The notes beneath the pieces are model-generated. The model saw only the letters and a program-made list of their open reading frames with translations, was not told the DNA's origin and did no database searches. Positions 47,398-58,200 of a stretch of 64,000 nucleotides of DNA are shown piece by piece; the first letter of the stretch is position 1, and each line of letters starts with the position of its first letter. This DNA comes from a virus (Duplodnaviria; Caudoviricetes), in the IMG/VR virus record IMGVR_UViG_3300020465_001196; one strand, 5' to 3'. The position numbers and the translations under genes are program-made.

Positions 47398-47948
47398 TTG
47401 TTTACCTTATTGTAAATTTGTATCCAATTATCAACCTTTTCAATATTGTCAGCATCATACATAGCATTGTAACTATGCTTCATAAAGTACGTCTTAAGTC
47501 CAATATTAGCACCGGCTACTGCGTTTGTCCACTTGTCTTCCACCCATATAGCACCACTTCCTTTGTATTGTGATAGCCATTTGTTTTTTGGTTCCATAAA
47601 TGGAATAATATCAATTCTTGCGAACACATCTGGAAATAAACTTTCAATATTTTGTTTTCGTAATGCGTTTGCATATTGATCTACACCCATTGATGTACAA
47701 GCAATAATTTCCCAACCCTCTTGTTTAAACTTTGGTAATATTTCTTGTGCATCTCTTAAAGGAGGCAAAAACCCAATCCATGCAGTATTATTATAATATT
47801 TTATAATGTCTGCTGTTTGATCTGATTGTGCAAATGTTGTAGGATCCCACAACGATACTTCTGGATAATACTGTTTTAAATATTTTTGAAAATGGTCTGA
47901 CCAGTTTAATACTACGCCGTCTATGTCTGTTAATAAAATTTTATGCAC
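47394..47948 (-). CDS. HAD-superfamily phosphatase (5'(3')-nucleotidase-like)
   Basis: LTDIDGV motif I, TS motif II, K...WVEDK motif III/IV. Confidence 0.82.
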   Translation of the reverse strand: MHKILLTDIDGVVLNWSDHFQKYLKQYYPEVSLWDPTTFAQSDQTADIIKYYNNTAWIGFLPPLRDAQEILPKFKQEGWEIIACTSMGVDQYANALRKQNIESLFPDVFARIDIIPFMEPKNKWLSQYKGSGAIWVEDKWTNAVAGANIGLKTYFMKHSYNAMYDADNIEKVDNWIQIYNKVNK

Positions 47949-48825
47949 TATACATCTCCACTATTTTTTTACTCTGTCGTACAATTGAATACTTGTTCAT
48001 TACATGGACATTAACGCCATCTGTACGTGCTGGAATAAAGTTACCAGGCTCACTTATTTTCTCTAATAAAAATGATAGTGATCCTTTTGAATTTACATTA
48101 TGAAGTTCATCATAATCTAATGTGTGTTGTAAAAAGTCGACTGGGAGGTTTTTAACTAATCGACTTTTTGCAAAACCATTAAACATATGAACAGCAATAC
48201 TAAACGCATGATCATTTCTAAAGTTATATGTTGTAATACCATAAAGTGTTTTAAAATAAGGATAGTTTGATTTAATTGATTCTAGTAAATTAAAAAATAT
48301 TTCTGTCTCAGGAGTTTTTCTAAAAAAGAAAACTGTTGCCCAATAAAAATCAATACCAAAGTCATCAACACGATCAAATTCTTGATGATGTCTTCCTGAT
48401 AATAAATCATAACTTCTTCTGTTAATCATTAAATCTTCTTTATGTCCCCAAATTTGATTTAATGTATCATTGCAAATTAGATAGTCAACATCAATAACTA
48501 GTGTTTCATCATATGGGGATTGTGTAAAAACTGTTGACCTATTAATATTATAAAATTGCAATAAGTTAACTGTATGTCTTGTATCTCTATAACGTTTGTT
48601 ATTTTCTACTTTGCGTCTTGGTTGTATTTTTATATTTTCAAAAGTACTGTCAATTAAACTTTGATCATATTGTGTTTTTAAATGTCGTACAGTACCTTCG
48701 TCAGTAATCAAAGTAATAGCATCAATACCCATATGATGTTTAATCATTAGAGCATTGGCTAATGCTATACTACCATAATCAATTTCAGAATTGTTATGTG
48801 CAAAAAATACTATACCTTGACTCAT
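47941..48825 (-). CDS. GT-A-fold glycosyltransferase, paralogue of 46522..47397
   Basis: G...FA.N...DY...A, SPYDETLVIDVDY (DxD), YWAT.FFF.K, RND.AFSIA. Confidence 0.72.
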   Translation of the reverse strand: MSQGIVFFAHNNSEIDYGSIALANALMIKHHMGIDAITLITDEGTVRHLKTQYDQSLIDSTFENIKIQPRRKVENNKRYRDTRHTVNLLQFYNINRSTVFTQSPYDETLVIDVDYLICNDTLNQIWGHKEDLMINRRSYDLLSGRHHQEFDRVDDFGIDFYWATVFFFRKTPETEIFFNLLESIKSNYPYFKTLYGITTYNFRNDHAFSIAVHMFNGFAKSRLVKNLPVDFLQHTLDYDELHNVNSKGSLSFLLEKISEPGNFIPARTDGVNVHVMNKYSIVRQSKKIVEMYSA

Positions 48826-49172
48826 GCCTCTACTAATTTTGCAGTTCTTCTTTTGGTTTGCATTTCGCTATATTGTTTGTGGTAATCATTTGTTACCTCA
48901 AAATATCTTGATGTAATTTCTGTTAAGAACGATTTTAAATTTTCAATCTTAATAGGATTTTCATTAACATCTAGCAATACCATTTCTTCATATCCTTGTT
49001 GTACAAATGTACCAACAAAAGCAATTAGCTCTTGAGTTACTTTAAATGTACCACCTTCTGTTGAATATGATAACAATGCCTGGCTTTTATTTTTCAGGAT
49101 TTGTTTTTGATTAAAGAATGTCTGCCTGTAGTTGGCAAATTCTAATGCTTTGTGTAATCTTTCATCACTCAT
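48822..49172 (-). CDS. Hypothetical protein, first gene of the glycosyltransferase operon (likely start MSDERL)
   Basis: GGAGG SD before the ATG at 49172. Confidence 0.65.
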   Translation of the reverse strand: MSDERLHKALEFANYRQTFFNQKQILKNKSQALLSYSTEGGTFKVTQELIAFVGTFVQQGYEEMVLLDVNENPIKIENLKSFLTEITSRYFEVTNDYHKQYSEMQTKRRTAKLVEA

Positions 49173-49213
49173 AAAAAACCTCCGTTTATGTATAATATTA
49201 TACATAACGGAGG
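49173..49213 (-). terminator. Hairpin terminator after the fibre gene, overlapping a promoter and an SD
   Basis: Minus strand CCTCCGTTATGTATA-ATAT-TATACATAAACGGAGG followed by TTTTTT. Confidence 0.78.
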
Positions 49214-49225
49214 CGTAAAAGTCAA
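49197..49225 (-). promoter_or_regulatory. Sigma70-type promoter TTGACT-N17-TATAAT
   Basis: Near-perfect consensus embedded in the terminator hairpin. Confidence 0.78.
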
Positions 49226-49239
49226 ATACTTTTTAATTA

Positions 49240-50178
49240 TTATGCACTTACTTCTGTAGTTGTAGCAGAACTTGGGTTAGCAACTTGTACATAAGAGGCG
49301 TTATCCGCTCTTAATGTAGTAATTGTGCTAGTTAAAGTTCCATCAACTGCGTCAGCGCCTGTCCAAGCTGTACCTTCATTTGGAGCAGTACCTAAACCGC
49401 CACCAGTGTATGTACCAGTTTGTGCCGCGTGATCATCTTTGAAGTAAACAGTAAAAGTTAAAACAGTTGCTGAGCCATAAGCCGCGTTTGCTTTTGCTTC
49501 AATTGTCCAATCATTCGCTGAATAGTTTCCTTGACCTGTTGCTGTAAAAATTTGTTGATTTGAAGTTGTTAAATCATCAAAACCTACAGAGGCCGCTGTT
49601 CCACCTGATCCAGTGTATGTAGTTGCACCTTCGGCAAATTTTACTGTGCCTGCGTTTGACAATAAGTTAGTCCAATCAGTGTTTTGATCTGTTGAAGAAC
49701 CACCTGCTCGTGATCCTGCAAATCTAATTTCACCGCCTGAATTAAAAAAGTGTCTAGCCGCATTCGCTGATGCAAAAGTTACTGTTAATATGTGTTGAAC
49801 TGTTCCAGTCCATGATGCTGTTCTTGATGAAGTTACACCAGAATCAGTAGCCATATTAGACGCATCTGCAGTCAGCTTGTTATTTGTAATTAATGTGATA
49901 TCTGCCTCTAAGTTAGATAATGGCAAAATGTTTCCACCAGCTGATACTGTGTTTGACGCATTCGTCAACGTAGTACCTTGGTGGTTAGCACCTTTCTGTA
50001 ATCCAGAAAGTAAACTGTTCCATTGTGCCGCTGTAATTGTGTTACCTGCAGAAACCGCCGCGATTTCTGAAATACCATAACCACTATCTGCTGAGCCAGT
50101 ACCAATAATTGTGTTAATGTTTGTAGCAAATGTGTTATAATCACTTGCTGTAATTGTATCACCTTGTTGGTAAGCCAT
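49240..50178 (-). CDS. Tail fibre / baseplate-associated structural protein
   Basis: MAYQQGDTITASDYN, G..I.AAQWN.L, A.HQG, R.FFNSGG.I; Ala/Thr/Gly-rich. Confidence 0.6.
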   Translation of the reverse strand: MAYQQGDTITASDYNTFATNINTIIGTGSADSGYGISEIAAVSAGNTITAAQWNSLLSGLQKGANHQGTTLTNASNTVSAGGNILPLSNLEADITLITNNKLTADASNMATDSGVTSSRTASWTGTVQHILTVTFASANAARHFFNSGGEIRFAGSRAGGSSTDQNTDWTNLLSNAGTVKFAEGATTYTGSGGTAASVGFDDLTTSNQQIFTATGQGNYSANDWTIEAKANAAYGSATVLTFTVYFKDDHAAQTGTYTGGGLGTAPNEGTAWTGADAVDGTLTSTITTLRADNASYVQVANPSSATTTEVSA

Positions 50179-51500
50179 TATTTTACTCCTATTGCAATTG
50201 GAATTAATTCGACTTCTTCCGAAGTCTTGTCGACAAGACTGCGGCCAATAACCGCACGGTAATCAACATTGTTCTCGTCTTCTACTAGTTGTGCTACGCC
50301 CGGTAGTGAACTAGAAACAATACGATCACCTTTACTTACTGTGCCGATAACTTTCGTTAGCACTCGACCTTGGTAAGCAATATATGGATGGGTTGCATCA
50401 TCTCCAGCTAAAGCATTTAACTTTAGACCTGGTTTTTGTGATACTACGCCAAATACTTTTGTATCTTTAAATTTTGTTGTTTGTGTAACTTCTTTGTCAC
50501 CTGCTAGTGCAACAACTGTTCCACAATCATATTCATCATCAGCTTCATAACGTTCTGCTATATCACCATATTGTGCAATCATTGCCTGTGCATAAACGTT
50601 TCTGAAAAACTTACCATCACCACCTAAATCAATTGATGCTGAACCTTGTTGCGTTGAAGATGGTTGACCTGCTGTACCGTGAGCAGGTGGAACAATATGT
50701 CCTTGTACTGTTTGTGGATTTGTTTGTGTTAATCTTAAAAATGATGCCGCACTATGACCACCTAATTGGTCTGCATTAACACCTTCTGATTGTAAACTAT
50801 CCCAAGTGTTAACTCCGTGAATCAATGTACCTGTTTGTGTAGTTGTTGATGAACTTACTGTAATCGCCGCTGTAAAGCCATCAAAGATTGCTTTTTCAAC
50901 TGTTACACCTGCACCTGATCCTGGATCAGCAAATCTAAAGTGTGCTGGAGAAACAACTCTTGCTACTTCAACTGCACCTGATTTTTTTTGTAAAACTTCT
51001 GCAATTACTTGAATTTTGTCTGAAACAACATAACCGTTGTTATTTGCCGCCGCATCATCAACGTGTGTTGCAGTTAATTCTATAACCTGTGTATATGATT
51101 TATCTGATGCTGATGCAAATTGTTTGTAACCTGTTGCAGAACCATCTACATTAACATTTAATTGTTTTGTAGATGTATTGTACCATAGAGAACCTTTTGT
51201 AGTTGCATGAGGATATGTTGTGCCTACGTGTACTGTTACTGGATGCCAACCTGTTGAACCTGATAATCTAACTTTTAAAGATTGATTTGTTGTATCCCAC
51301 CAAAGTTGTCCTTCTTGTGGATCAGCTGGTGCTGATGTATTTGCATTGTTTTCTAATAATTTTATAAAATCTTCGGCAATAGTTTCACCGTAACCAGTGA
51401 AGTTTTTACCAATTAATGTAATACCACCAATAGAAGCAGTAGTACCGTCATTTACCGTTGAAACAATACTTCCTCTTGTGTTGTTTACTGTATATGGCAT
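50178..51500 (-). CDS. Tail fibre protein with C-terminal autocleaving chaperone-like domain
   Basis: N-terminal L.GKN..GYGE...E.F..LLEN.A...AP..P..GQLWWD; C-terminal AQYGDIAERYE.D....GTVV...G.KE, similar to 15000..17384. Confidence 0.75.
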   Translation of the reverse strand: MPYTVNNTRGSIVSTVNDGTTASIGGITLIGKNFTGYGETIAEDFIKLLENNANTSAPADPQEGQLWWDTTNQSLKVRLSGSTGWHPVTVHVGTTYPHATTKGSLWYNTSTKQLNVNVDGSATGYKQFASASDKSYTQVIELTATHVDDAAANNNGYVVSDKIQVIAEVLQKKSGAVEVARVVSPAHFRFADPGSGAGVTVEKAIFDGFTAAITVSSSTTTQTGTLIHGVNTWDSLQSEGVNADQLGGHSAASFLRLTQTNPQTVQGHIVPPAHGTAGQPSSTQQGSASIDLGGDGKFFRNVYAQAMIAQYGDIAERYEADDEYDCGTVVALAGDKEVTQTTKFKDTKVFGVVSQKPGLKLNALAGDDATHPYIAYQGRVLTKVIGTVSKGDRIVSSSLPGVAQLVEDENNVDYRAVIGRSLVDKTSEEVELIPIAIGVK

Positions 51501-51607
51501 CGTTTATGTTCTCCTAAACTTTCAATCTTTAAAAGTAGTATATAAAATACTTACTTTATATTAGTTATTTATAATAACCACTACAATAATAAAGCTATAT
51601 ACTTAGA

Positions 51608-52255
51608 TTATTGCAGTTGTACCCTGATAGTATATACTATCTCAATCACCCTATTTAAACTCTTTTGCACAGGATGAAATATAACGTGTGTTAATAGATA
51701 TTCACTTGCTATACCACTTACATTATAAGCATAAATGCCTAATTCGTCAAATATAAAATCTGTTGATGAATCTGAAGTTGCTGTATCTGAAGTAGTTTGA
51801 CTTGATGGTTCACCAAAATCAAGTGTACAAGTAATTTTTAAATCTGTGTATGAACTAGAACTTGTAACAATTGCTACATTGTTTTTAGTATCTGTTGATG
51901 GATCTTTACCAACAATTTTTTCATATGTTTTATTATATAACGCCGCTGAATCATCTTTAATATTTCCAGTGTTTGTTGCTTTGTATTTGATTTCACCAGT
52001 ATTAAGTACATCTGATCCACCATTACCAAAAGCCATATGATATATGCCGTTATCAGCTGTTTTCCAATACGACATTGCGTTTGCAATCACAAACGCCATA
52101 TTACCAAAGTGAATAGCATTTCTTTTATTAACTAACTCTTCGCCAGTTTCAGCATCACGAATTAGCAAATGACCTTGCATTTTAACTTTTGCACCTTCAT
52201 TTGGCATAGTTTCGTTTTGCTCTTTATCTGTGTTATGTTCCATACTCTTTTCCAT
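51608..52255 (-). CDS. Baseplate/tail structural protein
   Basis: GH..I.D..TGE.LV.KRNAIH..N, MAFGNGG, LD.GEP, FIFDELG, LLTHVIFHPVQKSLNR.I.I.YT.R. Confidence 0.7.
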   Translation of the reverse strand: MEKSMEHNTDKEQNETMPNEGAKVKMQGHLLIRDAETGEELVNKRNAIHFGNMAFVIANAMSYWKTADNGIYHMAFGNGGSDVLNTGEIKYKATNTGNIKDDSAALYNKTYEKIVGKDPSTDTKNNVAIVTSSSSYTDLKITCTLDFGEPSSQTTSDTATSDSSTDFIFDELGIYAYNVSGIASEYLLTHVIFHPVQKSLNRVIEIVYTIRVQLQ

Positions 52256-52296
52256 ATTAACTTAATATATATTTATACTTATATAATATACTCTGT

Positions 52297-55200
52297 TTAT
52301 TCATTTCGCAAGTATTTTGCTATGTCTCCAGTTGAATTTGTAGTATCAAGCACACTATATCCCGTATTGTTCCAGAATCCGTTGTTTCTAGCTCCTGGTA
52401 TATTTGTATCTCCACTGTATACCTCAGTGCTATTTGCATGAGTTAAAATTGTTGTGCCGTGCGTTCCTCGTACAATATCTAATAAATCATTACCTTGAAT
52501 TCTATGGTATTCAATTCTTTCATTGCCAACATATATTACTCCTGGCTGTCCTGAATATGTTCCAGCAGTAGTTACACCAACGTCTTTTGGTTGAGGTAAT
52601 AAACTAGCATTGGCTACACTAATTTTATTTGAGTATGGAGTAACTGCCGCGGTTAATGTTGTATGGTCTGTTGTTGAGTTTCCTCCACCACTGTCAACAA
52701 ATTTTTGTCTTAGATATTTTACAGTTCCGTATGGTTTGTAATGAATTTGGTATTGTGATAAATCACCTGTTCCTGTATAGTTTGGTGCACTACCAGAAAC
52801 ACCTTCGTATGTTTTAACAGTTATGAATAAACTTTCTTTTGGTTTTAATGGTACAAGTTCTTCTGGATTTGGATCTTTGTCTGGTCTTACAAATCCTGCT
52901 GAATCTAATTTAGATTTTACTAGCACCCATTTACCTGCATCATAATCAGTTTCAAATGTTGCTGACGCTGTGTGCGTTTCGTTTGTGTAATAAATTAATT
53001 CATCAACTAAATCCCAACGTGATTCTTGTAGTGTTGTTTCACTTGCTAAATTTTTATGTGTTACGTTTGCAACATAAACTTTGTTGTTGTGTTTTACAAT
53101 ATCACCAACTGTATAACTTGTTGATGCTGACCATGCCGTAAAGTGAGTTAAGTCTGAATATTTTACAAATGAATCTTTTGCAAAAGATGTACCTGTTTTC
53201 CATTGTAAGTTTTCATTTACAAATTTTGAATCATACCAAACTTGAGTTGCTTCATCATCATAACCAATTTCAGTATTTGTATCTAATGCTGTAGCATCCC
53301 ATCTCAAACTATCCCAAGCAAAAGTAGTTAAGTCTTTTCCAATTCTATCTCTGTTTACAACAAAGCCAATTGGTTGAACATCTAAATCTTTAAATGACGT
53401 AATTGCATTTTCTAAATTAGTTGTAAACGTACTTACTTGAGTTACGTTTGCAGTATCTACATTCGCTAACTCATTTTTAAAATAATATTTTGCTAATCGA
53501 TCAACGTGTGTTGATTCAGGTGTTGACGTTTTCACTTTGTCAATCAATGCCGCATCAGTTGGTGCAGTAGTTGGACTAAAGTTGTAAGATATTAATTTAC
53601 CTGCTTGTACATCTGTAACAAAAACTCCTGAAGTATGATTAGCAGTAACTTGCCAGTAACCACCTCTATATTTTAAAGGTGTACCTGCTGTATATGATGT
53701 TGCCGTTGCCCATGTATTAATACTGTTTGTTGAAGGTGACAACAATGTTATCTTAGAACTAACTCTATCAAATAATAATTTAGTTGTAACTTTTGGTGTA
53801 GGATTAGTTGTACCGCTACCACTATTGTTTATTGTGTAATCAGCAGTTGATGTAAAGTCACTCATTGCTAAATTCATATTTTCTCTTGCTGGTGCTTTTT
53901 TACTTAAGAAGTCTCTAATTTTTGCTTTGTAAGGTTTAACTTCTTCAATGTAAGTTTTAATATCATCAAATGGATCTTTTTCATAAGATGCTTTTTGTTT
54001 TAATGTTGTATCTTGTTGAATAACATTTATGTATGTTGTTTTAAATAACCAATCAGTATTACTTTGTTCACTTGAAATATATCTTATTAATGCAAACAAT
54101 ACATCATTTTGTTTACCAAGTTTATCACTTATGAATACATTTAATCTTAATGCTGATATATACTGTCTTAATTCATTTGCTAGTGCTGTAGAATTATCTT
54201 CTGTATATACTGTTGTTTTTAATTTAGTTGTTGCAGTTTGTAAACCAATTCTTACTAATGATAAATTGTCTGAATCAATTGACGTTGTTGTCCCTGCCAA
54301 ATAATCAGCATCAGTATATTTGTATAATGCCCATTTAGATGCGTAATCATAATTTACTTTAATTACATCGCCTTCGTTAAGGTTAGCAGTAACAATGTCT
54401 GCTTTGTAATCAACAATTTCATCAATTATAGTATTATCATTAAATGTGCTATTGTAATACCAATTTGCTTTTTCATGGTACACAGATGTTGTAACTGTAC
54501 TATCCCAATTTGAATGTTCAACGTCTAAACTAATATTAGCAGTAATGTTATTCAATGCTTGGAATAAAACTTTTCTTGCATTTTTAATATTAACAAACCA
54601 AGTTTGTCTTGGTCTTACTTTAGAACCATATCTATCATTTAAAGATATTGATGTATCAGGAACAGTATTTCCAACAATATCATATCCACAAATACTGTCA
54701 GTCATTTTATTCCAAATTTGATTTGGAATTTGTGTATCTGAATATCCTTCTCTAATTAACAACCATTGTGCGTGTGGTTTATCTGTTTTATCTTTTGTTT
54801 TTCTATTTCTATAATTAATTTGTAAAACACTATTGTCTTTAGTTAAGTTATTAACAACATTTGCAATCATAAATGAATTAGGTGATATTGGTGCAAAATA
54901 ACTTAACCCTTGTGTTAATGGTGAAGTCATTAAGTTTGAAACTGTTTGTGTATCACTTGTTCTAGAATCCATTTGAGGTACAGTTGTTTTGTTTTTAACC
55001 CAATAATAATAAGTTGTAATATTTGCATTTGTATATGGATCAGTAGTAATTTCACTTACATAATTTGTTGTTGACTTAACTGTTCCTGTTCCTAAATACG
55101 AATCTGGAAGTTGTGATGATTTAACCCATTCATAAATGTCAATTGTAGATCCTTCAAATAATCTACCCCAATGTTTTCTTCTATAATTATTGTCATGACT

Positions 55201-58200
55201 TTCATAATCAATATATCTTGTTGTTGATTGATCCCACCAAACTTGACCAACGTATTCATCAGTCCATGGATTATTAACACTAATTTGTGTTGTATCAGAA
55301 TGATTATTATATATTGCAGGATCTATTTCAGTTTTATATGTTATTTCACGATCAGCAGTTGCAGGTAATATACCTTTTATAGGATCGTAAATATTCATAC
55401 CAACATCAATTTGATGATCCCTGTCATCATACAATGATGTTTTCTTAAATTGTTTTGTATCAATTTTGTCTTTTTGTCTACGTTTTGTTTTTTCAAAATA
55501 TGCTGTTGTTGTTTGAGTTGAATCACTATAGTTTACTCCACTATGCAAAATCCATGTACCACCTGCCGCACTTACACTTGCAGGCTCACTACCACGTATT
55601 GTATTATATGAAGATATTATTGATGCGTTAGTAGTATATCTGTATACTCCCCATTTACCAGTAAAGTCATCATCTAACCAAATTAGTGCACCTTCTGTCC
55701 AAGCACTATTTGATAATCCTGTACCTGTTAAGAAGTTTGTAATTGTAGTTGAAGTACTTGTTGATACGTATGCTTTGTCAGTTGCAATACCATTGTTTAA
55801 TCTTACATCTTTCCAATCAAGTAATTTTATAACATCAAGACCAGTCTGATTATTAGTTGTAATAAATTCTGGAGTGCCGTCTGCTTGTGTAATTGAATAT
55901 TCTTTTTTAGTATAACTTAACGATAAAGACATATCCCCAGTTGTTGCTGATGATACTGAAATGTTTGCTCTAACTGTTGCATTTGAATTGTCTGTAATAT
56001 TCTGTGATGGAGTAACTGTTTTAACTCCTGCTGTATTTAAACCTGTTAATGTATATAATGTAGTTGCTGTTGATCCATCCCATTTTTCAACAACACCTGT
56101 AACTGTACCATCAAATGCTGTTGTTACATTTGCAGTAAGATTATTTAAAACGTGTATCTTACTTAAATTTGGAGATAAGTTTATAATATAATTTGCTTTA
56201 GTATCTACTACTGAAATTTTACCAGTTGCTGTACTAATAATCCCTGCACTAAATCCTTTGTTCCATAAACCTGTTGGAACTGTAATTGCAGTTATAACTC
56301 CACTAGATACAGTAATGTTTCCTGGTGATGTTAATGTTCCAACTGTTGTCCCAGCATTGTTTATAATTTTAATACTTGGAGATTGATAATTTGTACCACC
56401 ATTAATAATTGTTAAATCTTTAATTTCACCTAAACGTCCACTTGCACCATCTCCAGTAAATGTAAATGTTGCAGGTGTGTAATGCGTTCCAGAAGTTTTT
56501 GTTGTACCATCAAAAGAAACAACTGAATATCCATCTGGGGCATCTGCGTAATTATCTCCGCCACTGTTTAATGTTAATTCACTTCCACCAGTATTACCAG
56601 TTAATGCTCCAGTAAATGAAACTGTTGGAGCAGTATAACCGCTACCAGCATTAGTAATAGTAATTGCATCAACTTCTCCACTTCCATTAATTGTACAAGT
56701 TGCTGTTGCACCTTGTCCTGTTGTATCTGTAATTTTTACTTGTGGTGCTGATTGGTATCCTGTACCTGCCGCACTAATTGTTATAGCAGTAATCAATCCA
56801 TCTTTTTCTTGTCCTAATGTTGCGAATGCTGTAGCACCAGTTCCATCTCCTGTGATAGTAACAGTTGGTTGATATGTGTACCCTGCACCAGCGGCCGTTA
56901 AAGTAATACCAGTTACTTTACCTCCTGCTATTGTTGCCGTTGCTGTTGCACCTACACCGCCGCCACCGGATATATTAACAGTTGCTGAACTGTAACCTGA
57001 CCCTTGCTCTAGTACTTGTATTGATGTAATTGGAAACGTATCATTAACTGTTGCAGTTGCTTGAGCACCACTACCACCATTAATTTTATCAACAGTCATT
57101 GCCGCACCTGTGCCACCGCTACCTGTAAATGTAATTGTGTCGCCTTCTGCAAATCCGGCTCCACCACCTGAAACTGTTACTACTGTAATTGTACCATTAA
57201 TATTACCAACGGCAATGTCTGCACCTGTACCAGCAATATTTGAAAACGAAACTGTAGCAGTTGGTTCTGTTGGTGTTGTTGTTTCAAGTTTTATTTTATG
57301 TGTTCCCCAAGTTTGAGGATTATAAACAAGGTCACCATTTCCATTATAAGTTTTTTCTAATACTAAATCTTTTTCTTGTCCAATATCTGCACCAGTGCCT
57401 GTTACAGTAACAGTCATTGCCGTGTTAGCATCACCACTGGTTGAAACACGATCAATTCTAGTACTTGTATCATATAACTTATAAACATTCCAATCTTTAC
57501 CAGATAATACGTCTTTGGCTACCCATGCCGTACTACCTATTGAAACATTTTCAGATGCATTTGTATAAACGTTTGCCAATGCATTTGAATCTAATGCTTT
57601 GTACGTTGCATCATCAAAATGTACATAACCAGCTGTTGGTACTATTGACGTAACTGAAGATAATACTGGCCATAAGTTTGCCAAAGATTTTTCACCTTTT
57701 GGTTTTTTCAACCAACGTGTTGTATCATCAATATCAATAGTAATTACGTCATCAGTTTTTGAATCATAACCTGAAGTTGTTGTTCCATCTGATGGTAATA
57801 AAAATTCAAATGTTTGTGGATCACTAACAACATCATTTGCTTTTACTTGTAATTCTATTTGTTGATTAAATGCTGTTGAACCAAAGTCTCCAACTTTAAA
57901 TGCCCATTCTTCATATGTGTCAAACGTTTGATCAGTGCTTACAGTTGTTGAACGTAATAATCTGTCAATAGCATTTGTTGTACCTTTTTGTTTTATCATA
58001 CCTTGATAAAACTTAACTTGATTAGTTTTGCTAATTTTTAAGTTTGTTAAATAATCTCTTTCTTGATATCCAATTAAATGCATTGCCGCATCTCTAAAGT
58101 TAGTGCTAACTAAAGAAGCATCAACGTCATAATATAATCTACTATCTGTTACTGATTTTTCAAAGTTATTAATTAAACTTGTACCGCTAATAATATAACC

